Shown here piece after piece: positions 33,155 through 46,705 of a stretch of 64,000 nt of DNA (the first letter of the stretch is position 1; each line of letters opens with the position of its first letter). The DNA is from Aplysia californica. Lineage: Eukaryota. The stretch spans positions 929,806 through 993,805 of the forward strand of contig NW_004797486.1 in the NCBI RefSeq assembly GCF_000002075.1, read 5' to 3'. Under the pieces are notes generated by a model that saw only the letters and a list, made by a program, of their open reading frames with translations, did not search any database and was not told where the DNA came from. A program made the position numbers and the translations under genes.

Positions 33155-35761
33155 CGTCTGTGGAACATCTTATCGGGAGAATTTTTTCACTATGAAAATA
33201 ACTAGAGCGCACGGAGTGCGTACGATTCGTTTCCACAAGTTTCCAATGTGTTGTCCCTTCACGGGGACCAACTAAGTGCAGCGCTTAGATTTGATCCGTG
33301 ATTCGGCAAAACCTCCAGGCGGGAGGGATTTTAGAGACACATTTTTTCTCAAATCTCAATTTTGATTACAGATTTGATATCAGCGTGCAAAATGACACTA
33401 GTTTAATACCAAACACACAAAAACATATCATTATCTACGTCGTTGATAAATATGTACCCAGTAGAGCCTGCAATTCTGCCTTCTTCTCCTCATCCAATAT
33501 AGGAGCATCAAAGTTATTACGTTCATAATACATGTAATACAAGTAAGACGCTCAGACGCTGTTATGATCATCTAGATCTACATCTAGGCCAGCATAGCAT
33601 GCCCCAACCCCGACCTACTAACATACCTTCAACTAGATGACGTAAGCTAAAAATATCACCCCAAAATGCCTATCGGGGAAAAAAACGAGAGAGAACGAAG
33701 CAACACCGCGCGTGGTCTCGTTCCGACTTGGAACCGTTCTCGGATGGGAAATCTCGTCCGAGAAACGCTCAGATCCACTCGGTGGGCACCCTGAGTCGGC
33801 ACCAACACCAGTGTCGCCTGGAATCACGCCCCACACCATACTGACGTTTCACCAGGCAGCTGTGGGTCAGCTGCTGAATTATTAACCACGAGGTCACAGC
33901 AACACGATCTGTAGACCACATTCCTAGGTCCATTTCACATTCTGGCACCTTAGCCATTTTTCCACTTTTACTGGAGCCTGATTCCGAGACACACCTCATT
34001 TGTGATGCCAGCATGAATGATATCCACAGAGGAAAAGAAAGGGTTTTCAGAAGTGGCAACAAATAAGCGAAAAGCTACCCGTGGATCTGGACAGGAATAC
34101 CATAACGATTCAATGAAAAGCCCAACTAAGTTATTGAAACCAAACTATGATACTGTGATTGCAAGAGCTGAAGGGTTCTCTGAAGAAGACAGACATTCTA
34201 ATTTTGTTTTATCATGGGATGACTCGAGGACTTAGACAAACCTCAGAGGAAGTATTCAGAGAATATTCAGAGAGGGAATACCTTCAATACATGTACACAC
34301 TTTAAAAAGGTGGCCATAAGGTGCCTGTGTTAAAAGATGTTCCTGAATTGAACTGGGTTGGGTGAAAGATTTGTAAGAAACATTTAGAACCAATTATCAA
34401 AGCAACTCAAATATCTACAAAATATATGCACAATTCCGCGAAGACCATGAGAGGCAGTTTCTCAACAGACCCGCCTTCAATGAAGCACCCAGGAAGAATA
34501 ACTTGTCGCTGTTAATGCCAAAGAAAGAAATGTGCAATCTTTGCATCAGCCGTAAAGTTGTCAATGTGCCGCAAGACGTTTGGAATGCTCACATTCTAGA
34601 AAAGGATGCAGCGCTCATGGAAAAGGAACGAGACAAATCTGAAGCCATCAAATGTCTCGCCAGGGATCAACCTAAAATGGCTATACTTTCCGTGGATCTT
34701 CAGCATCAGCCCTATATTACAAAACAAAGCTCGCCGTTCTTAACTTATCGCTTTTTGATGCTGCAACAAGCCAGACTATTTGTTACGTGGGGCTTGAAGC
34801 AGAAGGGGGGCTTATGGCAAATGAGTTTGCTTCATGTCTATTGGATTTACTGAAGGAAAAACTGGAGATCCAGAAAACCATCACAGCGACGGCTGTGGTA
34901 ACCAATACAGAAATGCCACACTAGCCAATGTTTCTCTCAGCCTGTCTGCAAACAACACATGGTAGCACAATTGAGCAGAAATATAACATTTTATCAAAGT
35001 ACACAAACAAATGGAAGTTGACAGTGTGAACAACTCAACAATTGAGAGATCACTTCGAAAAGCACGCATCGAGGTCCTTCTAGACTACCTCCATTTCTCC
35101 AGGATGACAAGAGCAAAACCAGAAATCTATCAAAACAAATATTTGGATGACACATTCTTCAAGGATTATTTTAAGTGTGGAAGCTACAACAAGTCTATCA
35201 GACCAGGTAGAAAAACGGGTGATCCTGTTGTCAGGTGTTTGAAGTACACCCCAATTCAAGTTGCACACCAGTGATGAATGGGCTGACACTCCGAAGGCAG
35301 GACACAGAAACATGACGTCCATCCTACCACACCACTCTACAGAGAACGTTCTAAGACCCAGCACTCCAACTACAATCACCTACAGGAGCTTAAGTCTGTT
35401 ATTGTCAAAATACAGCATCACTTTATGATGACAATTTACACCATTAACATTTATGGCTATTCATTATGATTCAACATCTTTTGTGAAAACCATCTGCCTT
35501 GCAACCAGAGACCATTTTGCAGATACATTTTGTTCATTTGTGCTTTTTAGTAAAATGGAAGCAGCCAGATTTAATCTTGACACATTATATTGAAACAAAA
35601 TGCTCTACTCGCTAATTCGTTCGAGGATTCAAACCCATATTCTGCAGATTAAAAAACATTTAGTTGACTTCAGTAGGCTGGGAATCGAACTCCAAACGCA
35701 TTGTTCTTGAAAAAATTTTTTTTTTATCAGTTCCGGTTTGAGGCGTTCCAAACAACAGACG
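33155..35761 (+). mobile_element. Degraded Sola1-like DNA transposon
   Basis: Transposase remnants PKKEMCNLC, SVDLQ, SDGCGNQYRN, MEVDSV...IERSL, SIRPGRKTGDPVV; imperfect TIR cgtctgt(..)ggaac; no clean TSD so ends are approximate. Confidence 0.65.
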
Positions 35762-36292
35762 CATACTGCAACCAAATGAATTGCGAGAAAACTCGCAACC
35801 CCCAAACTCTCTCCTGATAAAACCTCGCAACCCTCCCGCCGACAACTACGTGGTTTCATCCCGTCAAAAATATTGTAATGAAACTTGGCATCCCATGACA
35901 CAACCATTTGAACAGTAGAACAGTTATTTTTATGCACCAACCACTTTTCTAAGGCGTTTTCTTTTATCTGTGCCAACTTTGGTTCAGAGAGATGATTTTA
36001 TTCAAGACTAAATCCGTTTTTTTTGTCTCTCCTGTAACATTTTCCTTTCTGGGGTTGCCAGGTTCCATCATTCCACCAGCGTATTACGGTAGACCGAGAA
36101 ATGAGCTTGGTTGAGATCGCTTCAAGGTTTCCTTGGATTTGTTCAAGTTTCAACTCCATTCCACCCTCCATTTCATGTGTATTTACTTTAAAAATTCACT
36201 CTATTTCTGTGTCAATTTCGACCATTCTAAACCTCAGAGAAAGAAAAACGAACCTACTTTCGCTTAATTAAATAGTCTTGTTTTCAGTCAAT

Positions 36293-36612
36293 TGTGGTGT
36301 CGGTGGCCTAGCGGGTTCGGGGGTTCGAGCTGCAGGCCCGACGTTGTGTCCTTGGGAAAGGCACTTTACACGAATTTTCCCCACTTCACCAAGGTGAAAA
36401 TGGGTACCCAGCTATAGACAGTGAAAGATCTTATCAGTTTGTCAGTGTTTGAGCGCAAAACCAGCTGCTTGCACTGTATGCTTCCCGAGAAGCTGAGAAT
36501 GTTTCTGAGTGTTCTATGGTCTGCTGGGGTAATAATGTAGTGCAAAGCGCATAGAGCTTGCTTTCGAGTGGGGATATGCGCTATACAAATGCTATTTATT
36601 ATTATTTATTAT
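36293..36612 (+). mobile_element. tRNA-derived SINE family S2 (V-like core, L2-like tail)
   Basis: A/B boxes, gtgtccttgggaaaggcacttta...aaatgggtacc, tail gcgctatacaaat followed by (TTA)n. Confidence 0.75.
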
Positions 36613-36718
36613 TCTAGTTCTTCCTTGGCCGCATAGAAAATACACACCATCTCAGTGTTGTGCATTTGCGATTGAAATGCAGCTCAATGCTGCTCTAGGT
36701 GTTGTATGGTTGCTTTAA

Positions 36719-36939
36719 AGGACAAGCGGGCTAACCCAGATTTTGGGGTTCCAGAAATCTTGACCTACACCAAAAGTGGGTATTGCCCTACCTATAGGAG
36801 ACGTTTGGTTTCATTGGTGTGTATATTTGTTTGGTTATAGAGAAAACTCTCTTTGCTTTTTAATGAAACTGAACAAGGGGCAAAAACTTTACCTTAGATT
36901 TTCTCAAAACAACATTTTTCGGGACAGCCCACTTGTCCT
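36719..36939. mobile_element. MITE in TTAA-like site
   Basis: TIR aggacaag(c/t)gggct / agcccacttgtcct with ttaa/taaa flanks. Confidence 0.6.
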
Positions 36940-37332
36940 TAAAAGTAAAAGTAAAAGCGAACATGTGGACAGTCAAGTTTCAAACAGTGAAGTACGTTTT
37001 TAATTGATCTGTGGCCTTAAGCTTTGAGCTTTTCTATTAAGGTACGCTGCTCAACCGTGTCTTAGAGATCATATTTAATTAATACATCCTATCAGCAAAT
37101 GCCTTCATATACAACTTATATATAATAGTTTGAGAACCTCATGGGGAAGAATTTTGTTTTCTATTAAATTATTGAGAAAACACAAATTCTGCTCTGCTCT
37201 TGCATTAAAAATGGGTCGCTCGTTTAAAAAAAGCAAACAATCTAGCAAAGTAAGCACCTTACCTCTCATATAATAAACCCTCAATGACAATGAGCTGGCT
37301 GAAAAAATGATAGACAAAAGGGAACTCCATAG

Positions 37333-37511
37333 CTGTCCCTGTGGCTTTATGCACCCCGCATAATTTAGCAAAATTTGATCATTTTTAGCATAATTTCTGA
37401 TTATTTTCCATTATCATTCTTTGTCAAAATTAACAGAATCACATAATTTCACATTTTTGGGCTCAGTTTACATAATTTCAGAATTTTTCTTGCATAAAGC
37501 GATGGGGACAG
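37333..37511. mobile_element. MITE family M1 (6-bp TSD ccatag)
   Basis: TIR ctgtccc / gggacag; ccatag at 37327-37332 and 37512-37517. Confidence 0.85.
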
Positions 37512-38016
37512 CCATAGAATAGAGATGAATGTACAAGGGAACAAACAATGGCAGATTGATTTAGAATCATCAGTAACATTTATTCACATGAACAAGAGTC
37601 AACAAGTAAAATTTGATCATTTAAGGTTCCAAGCACACACTGTAAAATTTTAACTAAAAGACCAGAATCATGTTTTTGCTATTCCTGAATCTTTAGTATA
37701 ATATGCAAAATTCTATGCTGGAGAAGGGAAAAAAACCCTCTATTCATAAGTTCTTTCTTATGGCACTCCCATAAAAGAATGTGCATAATCTGTGAAAAAT
37801 CCACTCACAGTACTAAAGATACAAAAAAGCAATAGTGCAGGATCAGTAACCTGAGAGGCATACTTTCTGTTCCTGATTACATTATTCATCTGGATTCCTG
37901 CTAAAAAAAAGGATGAAAAGGAGGAACTCCTATCTTTTTTTGGCCAACATTGTATATTGTCACAAATAATTGAAATTATGATACATAAGAAGCAATATAT
38001 TGTGACTTGACTAAAA

Positions 38017-38545
38017 AGGTCCCTACACATGCACGTTTGAACCGGGCGGTTTTAACCTGTGTGGAAACTGGCGTTCTAACCGTCGCACAAAACCGCCATT
38101 CGATGGGTCGGCGCGTCATCCTCAGCATGCATGGTTTATTTGCAGCGAGTGTACTGACAATAACGATCTCCTTGTAATTTATGTGCTGCTCATGGGGAAG
38201 AATTTTGTTTTCTATTTAATTATTGAGAAAACACAAATTCTGCTCTGCTCTTGCATTAAAAATGGGGCGCTCGTTTAAAAAATGTAATCAGATTTTATGT
38301 GCCGTAAATCATTTTGAAAATATTAGCAGTGACAAGATAAGCCGGCTAAGCCCGCGATGTCACACAAAGGCTGTTGTCTACGGAACGCGCTGAACTGTAT
38401 TAAGAAAATCCACATGTTGAAACCACCAGTTCGACCTCCCGGTTTAACTTTTTTCTAGCAGTTTTTCATCCACATGTGGATCTGCTGCCATGTTTGCCTT
38501 TCCATTCCGAACTGCCAATTTGGAACGTATATGTGTAGGGGACTT
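38017..38545. mobile_element. MITE family M2 (PIF/Harbinger-like), long copy
   Basis: TIR ggtccctacacat / atgtgtaggggac; both ends homologous to 41730-41936. Confidence 0.7.
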
Positions 38546-39289
38546 AAGAGAGTACAATGTACAATATTTCATCTCTTCTGTAGCTTCTGGAAAATCAAAA
38601 TTTTATATACTACTACAGAATGAATTGTAGTAGTATGCATTGACACGGCGAGCATCTTTATTTAATAATGAATTACACACATAAACAATTTTGGGGAACA
38701 GTGGGGGGGAGGGGACGCTATTTACAGAAGAAAAAATCCCATTCTAGGCCGCAGTGTTTATAGTGGCGGCGGGTTTCGAGAAATCGCACGCCCTGTCTGA
38801 ACAGTGCGAGTAATATGACACTCTTACATGTAAGTGTAGATAGTGAACATGCTTGTGTAGGCGCTGCTAATTTGCCGCTTGGCGGGTAAAGTTACCAGAA
38901 ATAATTTTTAGGTCTTAACGCGCGTCTCGTGCTGGGGTGTGTAGTTGATCACCAACTTTTGCTCCTGTGTGATCACTGTAGCAACGGGGCTAGTTGTAAT
39001 TCGTGCCACACTCTAGGTAGAAGATTCTACCTTCTTCAAAATGTAGTCAAATGTACTAAGATTCATTCGTGTATAGGAATGAAATCTCTCTGGGTAAACC
39101 ATCGATTGGTGGAAAAGGTGGTGGTATTCACAGTCAGTGGGACTTTATTTGTTTATCTCATGGACGCTACTTGTCCTCCTTCTTCCAATGCTCAGTAGAA
39201 GAAACCTCATGAAACATTAAAAAGTCTTCTTCAAATGAGGAAGCCATACTGTCTATGGTATAGCATGTACAGTGCAACAATCCTTACAA

Positions 39290-40125
39290 ACATAGACGAA
39301 TGTATCTCAAAGTGAATGGCGAAAATATTAATAACACAAGATATGCCGTTGACACAGCGTTAATAGCAGACTCAGAAAAGGACCTTCTAGATACTGTTGT
39401 AACGGAAAGTGAACATAAATGATTTTTGTTGAATATAAAGAAAACAGAATGCATGGTAATATTTTAAAAAAGCAGCAAATCTTATTTATAATCTCATTAG
39501 CAAAGGCAAAAAGATCAAAGTAAGTCTAACAGTTTAAATATCTAGGAAAATAACATCTGATGCCAAATATTCCACAGAAATAAAACGGAGAATTGCAATG
39601 GCTAAGGCTAGTTTCAATAAAATGAGCCCAATCCTGAAAAATAGAAACATCTCAATGACAACCAAAATGAAAGTTCTGAAATGCTATGTATGGTCAACCC
39701 TTCTATATATGGCTGTGAACTCTGGACAATCACTAAAGACAGTGAAAATAAAATACAAGCAACAGAAATGTGGTGTCTTAGGAGACTGCTGAGAATATCG
39801 TGGAAGGAAAAGAAATCAAATGAGCTAGTGCTAGTGCTTGATGAAGCACATGTGGGGCACTCACTGTTAAAAACAATCAGGAAACGACAAATGGAGTTTT
39901 TGGGACACCAAAATAGAAATAAAGGTCTTGAACATCTAGTTCTCACTGGCAAAATTGAAGGCAAACGAGGCTGGGTAGGCCCAGAGCAACCTGCTTCGGG
40001 AACCTAACAAATGGGCAACAGGGAAAGATCAGGGCAACGTAGCTTTTTTAAGAGCATCTGAGTGAAGGAATGAATGGAGAACCATGATCGCCAATGCCTA
40101 CCGCACATCTGACACTGGATGTAGC
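39290..40125 (+). mobile_element. RTE-clade LINE 3' fragment
   Basis: RYA(V)DTALIADSE, EIKRRIAMAKASFNKM, LKCYVWSTLLYGCELWT, LVLTGKIEGKR. Confidence 0.8.
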
Positions 40126-40433
40126 GGTACCACGATTGTGCTGTTCCTACTTTGTTATGTACACAAACTCGGCTAGTAATTAGGCACAAGTTTTCCAGCG
40201 CGATTAACCCTCATGCGGTAACCCACCACCCCTACAAACGAACCCTTACTCAGTCCCTGAGCATTTCAGATGCATTTTACTCCTCATTCACACTATCGCT
40301 ATAGATGATTGGAACCGGTAGGCACTTTCATATCTTCTCCTCCTTCAGATTTGTAGATTCAGTTTCATGCCATGCTGAACAGGAGAAGTGTCTTGTGTTC
40401 TTTCATATCCTATGTATCAGCCTTCATTCACTG

Positions 40434-40499
40434 TCACGACTTTGCGGTGATGGCATTAAAGATTAGTCTGACACATTGGCAAATGGCTTGTGCTTGATC
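40434..40499 (-). CDS. ITGB1BP1: ICAP-1-like gene, exon 6 (DQAQAICQCVRLIFNAITAKS*)
   Basis: Acceptor cag, phase 0; matches ICAP-1 C-terminal helix EQAQAICKVL as recalled. Confidence 0.85.
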   Translation of the reverse strand, partial: DQAQAICQCVRLIFNAITAKS

Positions 40500-40789
40500 C
40501 TGTTGGTGAAAACAAAAATATGAATATTTTATGTCATATCATTGAGTATAACGAAATGCAACATTCATCTTTTTATGCAATGACTTCACAGAAATTTAGA
40601 CTGTGACAGAGTTGACTGATGGGTTTGATGAGTAAAAGCAAAGACCAACAACTATTTGGCTCTTTATTACAAAGAGCTGGGGGCAGTAAAGACGCAAAAA
40701 CAGAACACAAAACACCCACATAAACCAACATACCAGAAAAATGCTCAGGCAATGGTTAACAATGGCAAAATAAATTCCCCCTTAATTAT

Positions 40790-41130
40790 AATAATAATAA
40801 TAAATTACACTTTTATTTGTCCCAGAAGGGCACTTTGTTTTACAATGGCAAACATACATACATAAATACATAATTATAAATACGTACATACACAAATACA
40901 TACATGCATAAATACATACATAAATACACACTGTTACACAAATACAGAACAGTTTACAAACAATGCCACTGCCGGTCGCCACTGTGCAGCGCCCTGTAGT
41001 TTGAGCTAGGGTTGTCGTGTCTTGCTCAAGGACACACTCCAGTGACCACCCATCTGATCCCCGTGTCACCGACACTTGCTTGACATTGCTTGAGTCAAAA
41101 CTCACTACTCACTTAGCCACTGGAGCCCCC
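40790..41130 (-). mobile_element. SINE relic with V-like core and (TATG)n/(TTA)n tail
   Basis: Minus strand gtggctaagtgag...gtgtccttgagcaagacac...gggacaaataaaag..ttattattatt. Confidence 0.6.
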
Positions 41131-41729
41131 ATATGCAGTGATACTAACAAAACAGTTAAAGGCAAAGATTCTCTCAATGTCCAAAATCAGCGCATTGTTA
41201 CAAGTTTTCATTGATCAGTGAGCTGCTTGGTCTTGGTAACAACAGAAATCAAAATCTGCAAGATGTTGCAAGACAGATGCTGCACTCTTGAGTTTAAAAC
41301 AGCCAGTTCATTTCTCAGTATCAACTGTAGTCTATGCTAGTCGCACATGTTAGCCATGGCATCAAGCAAAAGTAAGTGTTGCCCATTTGGAACCAAAACA
41401 ATTTTTAAGGAAGTCAAAACAGGGTCCCAAGAAGAAGACCAACATTTTTTGGGAACACAGCATAGCAACCTGTCACATTAACAATGGTCGTTCACATAGC
41501 ATTATCAAAATCAGTCTCAAAAACTCAAATTTGTTAGATCTTGTTTTCCGAAACCTTGGAAACAGCAGAATTGAAAATAGAACCCAATGAATTTGTTCAA
41601 TGCAGGTTCACTGTAATTGGTCTGTGATTATTACTCTTCAATAGCCTCAAGGAAGAAAAATATGAAAAAGCAAAAAATTTAGTTTCCATTTTCATAGAAT
41701 CTTAGATGGATATCGATAGTAGAAATTAA

Positions 41730-41936
41730 GGGGACCTGCACATGTACGTTCTAACTGGGCGTCTTTAACCTGAGTGGAAACCGGCGTTCGAACCGCTGTG
41801 CAAAACCGCCATTCCACGGAGTCGGCGTCCCAGTTTAGTTTTTTTTCTAGCAGTTTTTCGTCTACGAATGTGGTTCTGTTTCCAGGTTTGGCTTTCCATT
41901 CTGAACCGGCAGTTTGGAATGTACATGTAGGGGGCC
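41730..41936. mobile_element. MITE family M2, short copy with TAA TSD
   Basis: TAA|ggggacctgcacatgtac ... gtacatgtagggggcc|TAA. Confidence 0.75.
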
Positions 41937-42403
41937 TAAGAAACAACTGAATCTGAAAGTCTGTTTAGGAGTGCTACATAATTATCTTCCACAGAAAGTA
42001 TTCTTTCACTGAAAGGAAAAACAATTAGTTGTATCGAAACATGGATCTCCTTGTTGAAAATTTCCAGCATCATCTGGTATACAAAAGAAATAATAATATA
42101 CAAAAATTTTGGAGACAAATAAATAGATGGATTTTGGGGAAAAAGAACTAAAAAGAAAAAAAAGAACAGAATAAAATTTCAGGACGACGCCAACAATCTG
42201 AGAGCCCCTACAACATACATAGTTTTATGACACTTGCAACACAAATAAGTCATATCAGTGCCAAAGATTAGAGGTGTTACTAGAGAGTAACATACAATAT
42301 AACGCGGATAGGTCGAACACAGAAGACTTGAAATCACGCATCCGACGAACTGTCCCTGTGGTCCCATTTTTTCTTGTTCTTTATATTTGTAAGAAAATTA
42401 TGC

Positions 42404-42742
42404 AAAGCTCGAACATACACATGGAATAGTCAACTAATTACGCCGCACTAGAGGTCTAAAGTCAATGCCCCTTTAGTTTTTAGGTGCACTTGAGACAAAA
42501 TACTACTAATAATATAAAGCTCGAACATACACACGGAATAGTCAACTAATTACGCCGCACTAGAGGCCTAAAGTCAATGCCCCTTTAGTTTTTAGGTGCA
42601 CTTGAGACAAAATACTACTAATAATATAAAGCTCGAACATACACACGGAATAGTCAACTAATTACGCCGCACTAGAGGTCTAAAGTCAATGCCCCTTTAG
42701 TTTTTAGGTGCACTTGAGACAAAATACCAATAATAATATAAA
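42404..42742. repeat. Tandem repeat, 3 x 112 bp
   Basis: Units start at 42404, 42516, 42628 (aaagctcgaacatacac...), nearly identical. Confidence 0.95.
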
Positions 42743-43518
42743 GAAAACCGGATAAAGGCAAGGTCGATAAAATACCACCTTCCTAACCTCCACAGAAGCA
42801 GCTAGCTGTGCTACTTTTAGCCCGGCTTGACATGCGCAAACTCTGGACACATGTGCCTAGGCTTAGCTAGGCTTGTGTGGAGTGGGCGAGAGGAAGGGTC
42901 GTACATCACATGATTGGTCACCCCACCTATCTTCGCAAAGTACTGTGCGCTTGGTGGGAGAGGCGGGGTAGGGCTGCATTGTTTCATCATTATGCTTATC
43001 CCGCCGTTTCAAATTTTTCAAAGCATAAACAATTTGATAGAATTGGTACAGACAAGAGACCGCTCACACTGACATGCGCTATTAAATTGTCTTGGTACTG
43101 GTACTCTCATTACCGATCGAACTCGAAAGCGTTGATCATCAATTGTGTTTCTCATTCCCAATCTGTCAAATTTTGTTGCTTCCCTTGATTCTCTGACACA
43201 GCCGATGCCATAACATTGTTCACACATCCCTTGAACTATGGATCTTTCGAACTACTGAGGCCTTTCCCGATGAATTTGAGCTATCCATGTTATACTGTAC
43301 AAAGGAAAGAAGGAGGAGAGATAAGGACGATAGATGTTTGATGGTAAAGATGGGGCAAACCACACAGGCACCTGCCAACCACCCACTAGTAAGGCTATAC
43401 AACATCAAAAAAGTAGTAAAGTGACCATGTTATAATCAGTCTCTGCATTCGTCATTTCCATGAGAGATAGCTTACCATCTAAAGAAGCAGAAAGGTTGCG
43501 ATATCTCTCACAGCTTAC

Positions 43519-43662
43519 CTCATTATGGCACTGAAACAAATAGCACTGGTATACACTTTTCCCAACTTGTCCGATCTTCACAGCAATGTTTTGTCTGTTA
43601 AATCCATCACTGTACTGAATCAGCTGGGCAATAGTGTGTAGAGGGTGTCTTTGCAAAACTTC
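43519..43662 (-). CDS. ITGB1BP1: ICAP-1-like gene, exon 5 (EVLQRHPLHTIAQLIQYSDG...YLFQCHNE)
   Basis: cag/gtaagc borders, 144 nt; resembles ICAP-1 PTB segment [20 protein letters not shown]...WVYQCNS. Confidence 0.88.
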
Positions 43663-44503
43663 CTGTAGGACAATACAGGAAATATTGCAAAAATCTTACA
43701 ATATACAGAATGCTACCTTAAAAAATTCATCTTTGAATTTACTCTCATTCACTATCCCTTTGTTCTCATCAAGGCATTCACGATTCACAGCACCACTTTC
43801 ACAAGTAATAGAGTACAAGGTCAAATAATTTTTTGTCTCTTTTTTTGAGGATATCTCCTTGCTGGAGATCAAATTATTTCAGATGTCTTGGTCAAAACTA
43901 GAAACAAGGTCAATGCTGTCAAAAAGACTATTCGAAGCTTGCACAAAATTTATGAGTGCATTTGATTTTTAAGGAAACTTCTCAGAAAGCAAGAATGGCG
44001 AAATCTCTTCCAATCCTCTTGCAAAGTCCATTACAGTTTTGAGGCCTGGGAAGACCTCCAAGACCAGCTATTTGGCATCTATTTCAAAGCAATGCAAATG
44101 GTAAACTGAAATCCATCTGCCATGAACAAAATAAAAAGGACTTGAAAATAAAGTTAATATATCATAACTCTCTAATGCTAAGTGACTCTACTGTCTCTAC
44201 CAAGTTAACTTATAAATGGGACAGAACAAGTTTTTGTGGTTGTCTGAATGAGCTACAAAGTACAAGATCTATAAATTAACAAGCTATCCAAGATTACATA
44301 TACTGAAGATTATATTTTTCCTAACAATATTTCCTCTCAGCCATATACTCTGTCACACAGAACAGTTCCTGTTACTTCAGAAATCATCTTTCTATCTTAT
44401 TCTAGAAAGGTGTTGAATTCATACAAACAACCCCCCCTCCCCCCCAAACACATAAACATTAACAACAAAATAGAACCAGGAAAGAGAAAGTTACACAACT
44501 TAC

Positions 44504-44593
44504 TTGGCCACTAACAACTTTGATTCCATATCTGGAAACAAATATGAGTACGCTGTTCTCTTCCTTGGCTGCTACTTCAAGTTTGCCATCAAT
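44504..44593 (-). CDS. ITGB1BP1: ICAP-1-like gene, exon 4 (IDGKLEVAAKEENSVLIFVSRYGIKVVSGQ)
   Basis: cag/gtaagt borders, 90 nt; DGKL...VS(R/K)YGIKV motif. Confidence 0.88.
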
Positions 44594-44732
44594 CTGTAGT
44601 GTAGGAAAATGATTCTTAACACTAATCATAATTTTTTAAAATTAACAGTACTCTTAACTTTAACCATTCATTCTGAAAGGTATCTTCTTTAATAGAAAGC
44701 GCATTGAACTCAAAAAAGCCCTTCAAACCAGT

Positions 44733-44738
<6 letters not shown>

Positions 44739-44804
<66 letters not shown>
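44739..44804. repeat. (AG)n microsatellite (runs into gap)
   Basis: Directly visible. Confidence 0.95.
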
Positions 44805-45310
44805 NNNNNNNNNNNNNNNNNNNNNNNNNNNNNNNNNNNNNNNNNNNNNNNNNNNNNNNNNNNNNNNNNNNNNNNNNNNNNNNNNNNNNNNNNNNNNNNN
44901 NNNNAGCCTTTAACTGTAGAAAGCTTTTATTATTTTTGTTTTGTATAGGCAAGTAGACCTTTGTACAGTGTGGCCGGATGAGGCAAGATTTCATTTCTGC
45001 TGGGGAGGCAGGCCTTGTGACCTCCTCCCTCTGCTGTGGAAAGGCTGCCTTACACATTGGGTGGGCAGGAGGTTCTTTGTTTATGGTGTGTATGAGCTGT
45101 AAGGGCAACAGTTTCTGCTGCTGCTATGGTGTATGGTTTTTGTTTTAAAATTTTTTTTGGGCCTGTTGGCTTTAGGNNNNNNNNNNNNNNNNNNNNNNNN
45201 NNNNNNNNNNNNNNNNNNNNNNNNNNNNNNNNNNNNNNNNNNNNNNNNNNNNNNNNNNNNNNNNNNNNNNNNNNNNNNNNNNNNNNNNNNNNNNNNNNNN
45301 NNNNNNNNNT

Positions 45311-45470
45311 TGGTGGCATAGTGGTTAGACTATCGGACCCGCAACGGATTCGAAGGTTTGAGCGTTAACAGCTCGGTCTGACCTTGTGTCCTTGGGAAAG
45401 GCAATTTACATGAATTTCCCATTCGGCTCAGTCCTTTCTGAGACGGACGTTAAACTCGGAGGTCCCACCC
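45311..45470 (+). mobile_element. Partial SINE (tRNA head, V-like and Meta-like segments)
   Basis: tggcatagtgg A box; gtgtccttgggaaaggca; ctttctgagacggacgttaaactcggaggtccc. Confidence 0.55.
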
Positions 45471-46705
45471 CTTAAATAACATAGTAGTGTTGATAAGGGC
45501 GAAAAACCTATACCATTTCACCATTTTTAGAGTCCATACTCCCTGTATTCTGCCACTATAATCATTTCCTGAATTTAGAAAAATATATTTGACAAAAAGT
45601 TTCCGTCCTTCTTTGGCCTTTGTGAGAAACGAAACAAATCTGCGCAGCTGTCCTTCACAACGGAAGTGCCGGAAGCGATATTTCGCGAGGCGCATTTTGT
45701 TTTGAGAGTATAGATCTGGACCTAATTTTTTGCGTCTCTCAAAATTTATTGCTCCATTCCAGTAGAGTGTAAATATAGTAGGTCAATGACTTTCAGTTGT
45801 TGTTAATGCACTGATCATTCCTTTCATCGAAAGGGGGCCCAGCTAGTATCAAATAAAAGAGAAATGAACATACAATCCAATGGTAGAGATTTTTTTATTT
45901 AGCTAAATTTATTCTGCTAAATAATTTGACAGGTGAAAAGGAGACAGATTTTTTCCCTCCATAAAATTTGGATCCCTGTCACTGTTATTCAATATAACTT
46001 GCAAATAATGCTGTAAACTTTCTTCTGAAAAATAAAATTCTCATCATCACTATGTGCATCATGGTTAATTTCAGCAATAGCCTGATTGGTGCTCAGTTTT
46101 TGCAAAATCATGGTGGTGAATGCAGCCAGCTCCCGAGAACTGCTGAGATGCAACTAGCCGGCTGGCTTTGTCTTTCATACACAACACAATACACACCCCT
46201 CTGTGTTCTAGATGTCATCATGTGCAATTCACATAGCAGTCTAAAAATAGACATGACTGTGGCATCAGCGGTCCAGTGGTTAGGCTGTTAGGTTCACAAC
46301 CAAAAAGTCATGGGTTTGAATCTTGTCATGGGGCCCTACATTGTGTCCTTGGGAAATGCCCCTTACTTGACTTGAATTTATTAATTATTCAAAGACAGTC
46401 AAACATGTCCAAGATAACCACTCATTATTGAGGGTAAAAGTAGCCATCTTCGCCAGGTGGTCCTCTTGGACAGCGACAATGCAATATTATAATGAAATGC
46501 AAGGGTTAAAGAGGGAAGTGATGGTTTTGTAAAGGTGGTTGTCTTGGACAGGTGTTTCTTGAAGCAGGTTCTACTGTACATTTAAAAAATGGTATGTGGC
46601 AGCATCAGACGAAAGGAAGGAAGTGCCCACAGAAGAAGACTCGCCAAGCACTGAATGATGGTTGAATAGTAGAGCCCCCCCAAGCATCTGTAAAAATGAG
46701 GATTC

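Noticed and set aside
42404-42742. CRISPR-like array (also 60268-60387)
   Set aside because: Head-to-tail repeats without unique spacers in a eukaryotic intron.
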